From Octopus vulgaris (lineage: Eukaryota), in NCBI GenBank assembly GCA_951406725.2, contig OX597839.1, positions 40,362,001 to 40,426,000 on the forward strand: 64,000 nucleotides of DNA. The letters run 5' to 3'. The notes under the pieces are model-generated. The model searched no databases, was not told the origin of the DNA, and worked only from the letters and a program-made list of their open reading frames with translations. Positions 54,457-64,000 of the stretch are shown piece by piece. The translations under genes were made by a program, and so were the position numbers. Positions within the stretch are counted from its first letter, which is position 1, and each line of letters begins with the position of its first letter.

Positions 54457-54605
54457 ACAGGGTTATTAAAAAAGAATGAATCGATTTCATTACGCAATAG
54501 TTTAATAAGGGAATACAATAGAAAACTCCAGCTGAGTCACAAGTATTTACTCACAATCAACTTTTATTTCCTGTCTCACAAGTGATCAATGTGACCACCT
54601 CCTAC
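54457..54605 (-). mobile_element. 3' end of a rosa-like Tc1/mariner element
   Basis: TA|CAGGGT terminus; minus-strand GGGHIDHL* C-terminus. Confidence 0.55.
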
Positions 54606-55709
54606 ACTTTTATGCAATGTGTCTTTGTCGGTGACATCACTACAGATTTATAATCTGCATTCTATAATAGGCAATGGAAGTCTCCTAAATATAACATCTG
54701 CCTGATCGTTAGCAGGATGGCAGCAACCCCTAATACTCCGCCGCACGTCCCATGCATTCAACAATACGAGTAGAGATATGTGGAATGTAACTATTATTTA
54801 CATATTTTCTCTTGTGCTCACAACATATTTTGAATCCCGTTGAAAAACCTGATATATGTACGATCTTGGAATTATTTCTTTATAGTCTACGTTTCAACTT
54901 CCACAAAGAAAGCACTCTAATTATGATGGGAAGAAACCCAGCCTCGGTGATTTAGAAATACTTGATCGCCAGGTTTTCCTGAAACTTCTTGTGGATACTC
55001 CAAGTTAATCCTTATTTGTTTGCCTGTTCTTATTCACATCGCATTAAGTTGTCTCACGGTCTTTGCTTCTGTTGCAAGTCACTGCATTTTCGTATGTCAA
55101 ATTCGATTCGTGTTTCTTTCAACAGTAGCTAGTAGTTTTAATATTTATTTACTATTCCAACGTGTGTATGTGTGTGTTTGTAATTCCTTTCCGTGTATTG
55201 GATGTTTATTTCCCTTACTGAGGGTGCATCTAGTGCTAATTTCACTCTTCTTTTTGCCTTTGATTGCTCATCTTCTGAAAGGAAGTCATAAAATTGAACG
55301 GAATGTGAACAGGAAAACTTTTCGGAGAAATAAAACTGACATTTGGAAGGATGTTATTTTGTCTACTGTAGCTATTGGGTTTAACATCCATTCGTTCCAG
55401 AGCTTTCTATCTTTAAAATATCGAAACTTTAAAAGAAAAAGATGAAACATTTTACCCAATAATATTTAGTTATAATCCAAATTTTCTTGAGCGATTTAAC
55501 GAGTAGTCGGTTCACTCCAAACCAACAGCAAACCACTATTGATTACTCCTAGGCTTGAAATTTGAAAGAGAAGGCATTGGACGACATCAAATCCTATTTG
55601 ACTAGTAAATTCTTCAAGTAACCCCGAGAAAGATGAAACGTAAGGTTCAACTTGGTGGAATTGCGTTAAGAATGAAGAGAGCCGGAATCAACATCACAAG
55701 GCGTTTTAA

Positions 55710-55884
55710 TTCTTTTACTTGCGGCCATGCTGGAGCACCGCCTTTAGTCGAACAAATCGATCCGGGACTTGTTTTTTGAAAATCTGGTACTTATTCTATC
55801 AGATACCGCAAAATTACGGGGACGTAAACACACCAAGGCTGGTTGTCAAACGATGGTGGTGGGAACAAATACAGACACACTAAT

Positions 55885-55943
<59 letters not shown>

Positions 55944-56062
55944 ACGGGCTTCTTTCAGTTTCTGCCAACTAAAACCACTCAAAAGGCTTAGTAGTAGACA
56001 CTTGCCCAAGGTTCCGCGCAATGAGACTAAATCCGGAACGATGTGGTTGGGAAGCAAGCTTC
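55710..56062 (-). mobile_element. Diverged CORE-like SINE
   Basis: Family match. Confidence 0.8.
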
Positions 56063-56582
56063 TTTATGTCATGAAATTGGCCATGAAGGCCGTACATAGA
56101 GGGGACCACTCACGGTGGGGACAAAAAAAACAAAAAGTGGTAAAGATGAACTGAATATAATGAAGAATGGAATGAAGCCGTTCGGCCCCCACCTCCGAGC
56201 GACTTCACTGGACCTGTTACAACGCCATTTGCAACAGCTAATTTAATACATCTTTTTTAAGACACCATTCTACAACACCACCTGTATCACCATTTGCAGC
56301 ATCTAATTTCCACTTTTACACAAAATCTCTATATTGTATTTCTTTAAAATCTAGTACTTATTCTATCAGTGTCTTTTGCCGAACCGCTAGCTGACGGGGA
56401 CGTAAAAAAAATTATATGGTTAAAGGACAATATGTCCAATTTTTCGGCATTAGAAATTTTTTCCTTTGCCCTCATTTATGAATTGTTTATAAATTTAACC
56501 TTTAAAAGTATTTTTTGATATGCTGGCCATTGATAAAATTGTTTTCGAAAGAAATTTTATCCTCATTAGATATATATATATA

Positions 56583-56747
56583 GGGCGGGCTTCTTTCAGT
56601 TTTCGTCTACCAAATCCACTCACAAGGCTTTGGTCGGCCCGAGGCTATAGTAGAAGAGACTTGCCCAAGGTGCCACGCAGTGGGAATGAACCCGGAACCA
56701 TGTGGTTGGTAAGCAAGGCTACTTACCGCACAGCCACTCCTGCGCCT
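56583..56747 (-). mobile_element. CORE-like SINE 5' half (3' piece at ~56345-56406)
   Basis: Family match up to ...cactcctgcgcc. Confidence 0.85.
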
Positions 56748-57194
56748 ATCGCAAACTATATTATCCAAATATACCCTAATTTTTTTCAAAACGATAAAGC
56801 GTACGTCGAAGTTGATTTGTTCGCCATTTCTAGCAGATTGAAATATGAAAGAAACTCTCTAAACTTCTGCATGTTCTGCAGATCGTACATGTGCGTGTAT
56901 TTTTACAGACACACACACATACATATTGCACTTTGTGAGCTATGCGGTAAGAGAGAGAGATAGGTGCGGTGTTGATATTCTAATGCAGTGTGTTGTATGT
57001 TGTTGTTATCAATTTCCGCCATGTTTACTTTATATTCTCTTATTTTATCATGACGAGTGACTTGAGACGACAAATCCGGTTTAACCAACCTTGAAGATAA
57101 CGGCTGAACAACAATCAATCAATTATCGTTTTTGTTGTTGCCGTTGCTGTTGTTCTCTTACTTCTGCTGCTGTTCCTTATTGTTATTACACAAG

Positions 57195-57860
57195 GAAGCG
57201 AACTGGCAGAATTACTTAGCAATCTGAACAAAATAGCGGCATTTCTTCCCGGTTCTACGTTCGGTGTTCAAATTCCACCGAGATCGACTTCGCATTTCAT
57301 CTTGTCGGAGTTGATGAGACAAGTACCTATTTCTTTACTACCCAAAAGGGGCTAAACACAGAGGGGACAAATAAGGACAGACAAACGGATTAAGTCGATT
57401 ACATCGACCCCAGTGCGTAACTGGTATTTACGTTAGGACGCCGGGCGAAATGCTTAGCGGTATTTCGTCTGGCGTTACGTTCTGAGGGTCTGGCGTTACG
57501 TTTTGGGGTCGATTAAATAAGTACTAGTTACGCACTGGGGTCGATATAATCGACTTGATCCGTTTGTCTGTCCTTGTTTGTCCTCTCTGTGTTTGGCCCC
57601 TTGTGGGTAGTGAAGAAATAGGTACTTAATTCATCGACCCCGAAAGGATGAAAGGCAAAGTCGACCTCGGCGGAATTTGAACTCAGAACGTAACGGCAGA
57701 CGAAATACGGCTACGCATTTCGCCCGGCGTGCTAACGTTTCTGCCAGCTCGCTGCCTTGAAGAGACAAGTACCAGTAAAGTACTGAAGTCGATGCAATCG
57801 ACTATCCGCCGTACCCCGCTCCCGCAAATTTCTAGTCCTTGTACCTATTGTAGAAAAGAT
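57195..57860. mobile_element. Three-level nest of Meta-like SINEs (+ old / - / + inner)
   Basis: TSD gagacaagtacc at 57316-57327 and 57762-57773; an inner + copy at ~57430-57620 splits the - copy. Confidence 0.9.
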
Positions 57861-58585
57861 CATTACGCAAAACGGCGTGTTAGCAACAGGTTTAGCGCGT
57901 CCGATAAAATGCTTAGCGCCAGTTTTCCCGCCTCTACTTTCTCAGTTCAAATTTCGTCCGGTTCGACTTTACCGTTCATCCCTTCAAAGTTTGATTAAAT
58001 AAGTAGCGTTTAAGTACTGGAGTCCATATAATCAACAAGCACCCTCCGCTATAATTTTCAAGCCTTGAGTCTAAGGTAACAAGCATTATTAATATTGTTA
58101 GGGCAGCGTGCTATCAGGATTTTTAAGCGCCCCGTACAAAATGCATTGCGATATTTTCTTTCGGTTTTACAATTTGAAATGCCACCGAGTTTGATTTTGC
58201 CTTTCATCTTTTCGAGACGAAATATACTATGTTCCAGTTAAGCCCTGGGATACAGGTGTTGGAAGTCTATCTAAAAATATAAAAAAAAACAATAACAACA
58301 GCAACAAAAGAAAAATTTAAGTTCGTTCGACTTGCTAGCTGTAAAAAGGGAAAAGGAACCTCAAATCCTGTCCTGCTTTAAGGAATGTCGTAGAAAAAGA
58401 CACGCGATTATATAGTAAAATATATTTTTAAAGAAATTTGGTTGTCGAGCCTTAAATTTAGAATAAGGTTTCAAGGGAGACAAAAAGCTGTTCAATTAAT
58501 ATTAATATTGTTTTATTGGAATCTTTGAAAAACGGAAATATATTTGAACCTTAATAGAAAAGAATATAACTGTTTGATATTGGAA

Positions 58586-59405
58586 TAACGACATAGTAAC
58601 GACATAGTAACGACATAGTAACGACATAGTAACGACATAGTAACGACATAGTAACGACATAGTAACGACATAGTAACGACATAGTAACGACATAGTAACG
58701 ACATAGTAACGACATAGTAACGACATAGTAACGACATAGTAACGACATAGTAACGACATAGTAACGACATAGTAACGACATAGTAACGACATAACAACGA
58801 CATAACAACGACATAACAACGACATAACAACGACATAACAACGACATAACAACGACATAACAACGACATAACAACGACATAACAACGACATAACGACGAC
58901 ATAACAACGACATAACAACGACATAACAACGACATAACAACGACATAACAACGACATAACAACGACATAACAACGACATAACAACGACATAACAACGACA
59001 TAACAACGACATAAAAACGACATAAAAACGACATAACATAAAAACGACATAACATAAAAACGACATAACATAACAACGACATAACATAACAACGACATAA
59101 CATAACAACGACATAACATAACAACGACATAACATAACAACGACATAACATAACAACGACATAACATAACAACGACATAACATAACAACGACATAACATA
59201 ACAACGACATAACGACGACATAACGACGACATAACAACGACATAACGACATAACAACGACATAACAACGACATAACAACGACATAATAACGACATAATAA
59301 CGACATAACATAAAAACGACATAACATAAAAACGACATAATATAAAAACGACATAATAACAACATAAAAACGACATAATAACATAAAAACGACATAACAT
59401 AAAAA
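58586..59405. repeat. Minisatellite: 11-bp TAACGACATAG, then 11-bp CAACGACATAA, then 16-bp variants
   Basis: Direct inspection. Confidence 0.97.
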
Positions 59406-61507
59406 CCTCAAATGATTAAATCCATAACTATAGACACACACACACACAAACGATTTGTGTTGACTTGGAAAAACGAGTACTTGGCGGCATGATATTTATT
59501 TTGTCTCTGTCAGTCTCTTCGCGACTGACTTTCAACTCGGTACATTGGGTTTTCAGGCATAGTCGCAAGTCGTCCGAGAACCTGAGCACCAACACGCAAC
59601 AATTTTTTGAAAGAAGCTCATATTTATGGTAATTTAAAAAATGCAGCCGCTTTGGCTTATTGCTGGCCTTAAAATAGGACGAGTCAGGTTTTATAATGAT
59701 TGAAAAAATCTTTACAGAGGAAGGACCAGCATCACGAAATGAATTTTGTAAAACATGTCGGTAGTGTTTTCTTGTCGACGAAAGCTCATTAGTTCGGGTT
59801 GACGATGGGGCAACTTCTGATCTGTTTCTAAAACTCCTTTACATCTGAATAAACTGGAGCAACTTAAAGTGCTACGCTCAAGAACACAGCACCATACCCG
59901 GTCGGAGAATTGAAACCACAATCTTAGGCATTTCGTATGCAACGAATTAACCACTAGGATGGACACGTTTTTGTGACACAAAATTAGAAGTTTGACTGGC
60001 GAATCGAAACCGATTAAGTTATCACTGAAGAGAACGAGGCCTATAACTATATAGGAGAATATGGTGAAAAAGTAATTAATGTTAGTTAGAAAAATTTCAT
60101 GGCACGTGTGATGAAATGTATACGCCACAGATCAGAAAGTTTCGGGTTCAATTCCTCCCCAGGAAGCATTTCAAGAACAGCGAAAGGATACCTACGAGTC
60201 TTAATGTATATGGGTCCGGTTCTCTTAGGATATCCGGAACTAACGGGCTGAAACCTGAATCATTTGCTTGGCGGGAGTTCTTCCTCTGAAGATTTCTTCT
60301 GCTGTCCGTTGGACTCGTAATGAGCCTCTGCTTACGATAAAAAAATTCATTGCGTTTATGATGAAAGATGTTTATAGTTAAAGATGTCTGCTTTCTATAT
60401 ATAGAAATTTGAACTAACAAAAATGTTAATAGAAATTGTTGGGAAGAATACGAAGAACGAAAAACTCTTCCTCCAGTTATTAAATATATTTTGGTTATGT
60501 AAATACGACAGAGCCTGCATAGAGTCATGCATGGTTAAAATCTCGATAAAATAAGTATAGGAAAGACTGTAGAATAATTTATTTATCTCGGCACTCGAGA
60601 CTTTTTAAGGTCGTTTATCCAGTCCCCTTGCTGTATAAACGTATAGGTGGTCGAGATTACGACGTATCATTGAACTTGGCTTTCTTTTGTACCGTGCAGA
60701 ATTCGTTTGTCGTTTGATTTACACCAGAGAAGCCGAGGATATCGATTTTTTCTACCCGGGAAAATATTTTTACTGTGAACAAAGTTCTTATTTTATATGT
60801 AATCAGTGGATTTAATCGCGTTTTATCTTTTCTGGTTTAAACCGTAGAAGCCGAGGGATATACGAAATTCGTTTCCTATTCTGTAAGCATATTTTGCAGT
60901 TCCTGACTTGTACTTGTTCGGGAGTGATGAGAAACTTTCCTTGGTCCCAAAATGCAAGTTTCTCTTGTGGTCGCACATAGGGTAGAATGTATTTTTCTCG
61001 GTAAGGATCTTCAGACACTGATGGATAAGATGTTATGCAAGAACAAATTGAACCCATCTCGAAAAGCAATTTTCTTTTCTTATTAGTTTCTTATTTAAGA
61101 AGAAAGAAATAAAGAATTCTTTCCCCTTTTTTTTCTTCCACAGAAAGTTCCTTTTACATAGGTTTGGTTTTTCTATTCGAAGAGTGAAGAAACAAAATCT
61201 TTTATACTCTTCCTCGTGCTCACAAGAATTGTCTTTATAGAAGTTTGATTTCGTATTTACAGATGCAGAATAAAATTGTTCACTTACACAAAATTTTGTA
61301 AAAATATATTCAAAACGAGAAAAAAATTTTATTAAATTTGGTCTTTTTAAAGGACGAAGGAGAATCTAATTTTTGGAATGAAGGTGACGCAGCTCATTCT
61401 ATTTGCACAGCATTTCTTTGTAATGTTGGATTTGGGAGTTTTCATGAGGGTATCGATGCGTATCTGTCTCTGTATAAGTATATCTGTCCGTACGTATATA
61501 TGTGCGT

Positions 61508-61830
61508 GAGGGCGCGTGGCTTAGTGGTTAGGGCATTCGGCTCATGATCGTAAGGTCGTGAGTTCGATTCCCGGCGACGCGTTGTGTCCTTGAGCAAGAC
61601 ACTTTATTTCACGTTGCTCCAGTCCACTCAGCTGGCAAAAATGAGTTGTACTTGTATTTCAAAGGGTCAGCCTTGTCACTCTCTGTGTCACGCTGATTAT
61701 CCCTGAGAACTACGTTAAGGGCACACGTGTGTCTGTGGAATGCTCAGCCATTTGCACGTTAATTTCACGAGCAAGCTGTTCCGTTGATCGTATCAGCTGG
61801 GACCCTCGTCGTCGTAACCGGCGGAGTCTT
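61508..61830 (+). mobile_element. tRNA-CORE SINE sharing its 3' domain with 43765-44154
   Basis: ggcgcgtggcttagtggttaggg...gagttcgattccc...tgtgtccttgagcaagacacttta; tail gtgtctgtggaatgctcagccatttgcacgttaa. Confidence 0.9.
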
Positions 61831-61876
61831 TAAATATATGTGCACGGATGTCCGTTTATATGTGTGTGTGTGTTTC

Positions 61877-62016
61877 AGATTCCGCCGAGGTCGACTTTGC
61901 CTTTCATCCTTTCGATGTCGATAAATTAAGTACCAGTTGCGTACTGGGGTCGATCTAATCGACTGGACCCCTCCCTCCCCCAAAATGTCAGGCCTTGTGC
62001 CAAGTGTAGAAAAGAA
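61877..62016 (+). mobile_element. 5'-truncated Meta-like SINE (tail B) within (TG)n
   Basis: Core match. Confidence 0.85.
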
Positions 62017-62204
62017 TGTGTGTGTGTGTGTGTGTGTGTGTATGATTAACTTCTACACAATTTCCAACAGCCGAATTCATTAAAAATTATCAGAAGACCT
62101 GGAGCTAAAGTAAAAGACACTCGCATAAGGTGCCGTGCTGTGAGGATGAACACGGAACCACGTGTTTGTAAGGCGACCTCATTAATCACACAGTCACACC
62201 TGCG

Positions 62205-62255
<51 letters not shown>

Positions 62256-62322
62256 ATTATTGTTTTTTTTTTAACGAATAAGGAAAGTGACACAAATTAC
62301 AAATTTAATTATGAAATATAAT

Positions 62323-62765
62323 TGTTTTATTATTACCCACAAGGGGCAAACATAGAGGGGACAGTACAACCTGATGTGGGGTTAGATTAACGAATGGGTT
62401 TACAAAAAAGGCGAATTTTAAAATTTACAAAAATTACAAAATAGCAAAAAATTGAATGATGAACAGACCGGAAGACATTACGGATGGAGTGGGAGCGGGT
62501 TTAGCTCGGACCCCACGAGCCCCGCCTCACCACTGATACTTTGGTTTCGTCTTGTTTTACATTTATGTGGTATCATTCACACGCAACTTTCGTGCTACAT
62601 CCTTCCATCTTTCTTCATACCCTTTCTTAGTCAGGCATTTTCTCTCCAGCCCTATCTTGCTTTTCAGGTGAAAGATGAAGTAATTCATCAAACCAGGGTC
62701 GGAGATGAACTTGCCTGACCGTAAACCTTTCATTCTCGTCTTCCATATCACCTCTTTCGCAATTG
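62323..62765 (-). mobile_element. 5'-truncated L1-clade (Tx1-like) LINE with an 18-bp TSD
   Basis: IAKEVIWKTRMKGL...FHLKSKIGLERKCL...YEERWKDVA resembles an L1/Tx1 ORF2 C-terminus; TSD ttaattatgaaatataat at 62305-62322 and 62766-62783. Confidence 0.8.
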
Positions 62766-63611
62766 TTAATTATGAAATATAATATATACCAAAATTGCCT
62801 TAGGAAAGTTGTGGTGAGGAACGAAGAGAAGATATCACACTTCCCAGAAACATGCAAGCCGAATAAAAATCATGCGAACAGAAACAGCAGCCTATTCTCC
62901 CTAAATTTTGATTTTACTGTTTAAAAAAATAAATAAAAATGTTAATGTTGACCTAAATATTTCTACAGCGACAGGGTGGTCACAAGTGATATTAATCCAG
63001 TTTAAAGAACAGCAAGCGTCGGGAAGAATAATTTGCAGTACTTGTTCCAGCTCTCGGCGATCCGAGTTCGAACCCTGCCGAAGTCGGCTTTGTCTTCTAT
63101 CGCTCTGAGACTGGAAAATAAAATACCATTCAAATACGCACTCGCTCTTTCTTCACTGTCTATCTGTTTGACGCTGTTTTTCCCTCTTTATCTCTCCCTC
63201 TCCCCTCCTCTCTCCCCTCTTCTCTCTCTCCTCCTCTCTCTCCCCTCCTATCTCTCTCTCTCTCTTTCTCTCTTTCTCTCTCTCTCCCTCCCTCTCTCTC
63301 TCTCTCTCGCGTGTCTATTGAGATTTGTTATTGGTTGGCAGATACTAGCACAGCACAGCGAATCTATTGTTCAATGAAATTATAAAAAAGTGTATCAGCT
63401 CCTGTCAGATGTATTGGTTCTGGGCACATCAGGCAGACGAGACGCAACGCTATCCAAACACCGCCTATCCTTGAATTCCCTGTACCAATGCTTCAAATGT
63501 ATTATGAACACATATTCGTCATAACGGAGAAGCTATTCTACTGTGACAAAACACACCAGCAATCAACATATTTGTATTCGAATCTGCCAGGACCTATTTG
63601 TTTTCAAATTT

Positions 63612-63935
63612 TGGCACAGGGCCAGCAATTTCGGGCGAGGGACTAAGTTGACTAAAACGGACCCCAATGCTCAATCAGTACTTACTTTATCGACCCCGAA
63701 AGGATGAAAGCCAAAGTCGGACCGCGGCGAAATTTGAAATCATAACGTGAAGCATTTCGCCTGACGTGTTAACCCCCTTAATCTACCAGAACATATTCCT
63801 TTCTACTCAAGGCAAAAGGCCTGAAATTTTTGAGGAGGGGGCCAGTCGATTAGATCGATCCCAGAGCACAACGTCGACCTCAGCGGAATTTTAACGTGAG
63901 TATTTGGCCTGGCGTGTTAACCTTTCTGCCACCTT
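63612..63935 (-). mobile_element. Two diverged Meta-like SINE copies (tail B)
   Basis: tcgaccccgaaaggatgaaagccaaagtcg and tail B in reverse. Confidence 0.75.
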
Positions 63936-64000
63936 AATCTGCCAGAACATATTAAGAACAAGAACACTCAAAGAGCGGAAATCTCTGCTAAAGCAACATC

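Noticed and set aside
58502-59447. Three ~297-aa Cys/Val-rich ORFs
   Set aside because: Artefact of an 11/16-bp minisatellite lacking stop codons on the minus strand
59460-61480. Less repetitive 2-kb stretch with 85-138-aa ORFs
   Set aside because: No domain recognised; includes a SINE head remnant (~59855-59960); a candidate AG...GT exon at ~60900-61000 has stops in all frames
61508-61580. tRNA-like sequence as a true tRNA gene (also 44075-44154, 24200-24272)
   Set aside because: Runs directly into SINE bodies, one with a TSD; these are SINE heads

Overview
AT-rich eukaryotic non-coding DNA (intronic or intergenic) saturated with microsatellites and transposable elements. The repeat families match my recollection of octopus (coleoid cephalopod) DNA, which is an inference and not a database result. 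No intact protein-coding gene is supported: nearly all listed ORFs are translations of simple repeats or SINEs. Supported content: two abundant tRNA-derived SINE families (CORE-like, and Meta-domain-like with two alternative tails), a third modular SINE group, 3' fragments of L1/Tx1-, R4/Dong-, L2/CR1- and RTE-type LINEs, decayed DD41D (rosa-like) and mariner transposases, several MITEs, two non-autonomous Helitrons and an 11/16-bp minisatellite. Two signals stand out. (1) About ten minimal hammerhead-ribozyme motifs of the Penelope-associated type, including a complete one at 10786-10848 and a 400-bp foldback carrying one on each strand. (2) A Tx1-like LINE whose 3' end matches the tail of the young Meta-like SINE. 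That SINE repeatedly ends at GGTA/GGTT sites inside other SINE copies, building head-(body)n arrays and nested insertions. Coordinates of degenerate repeats are approximate.
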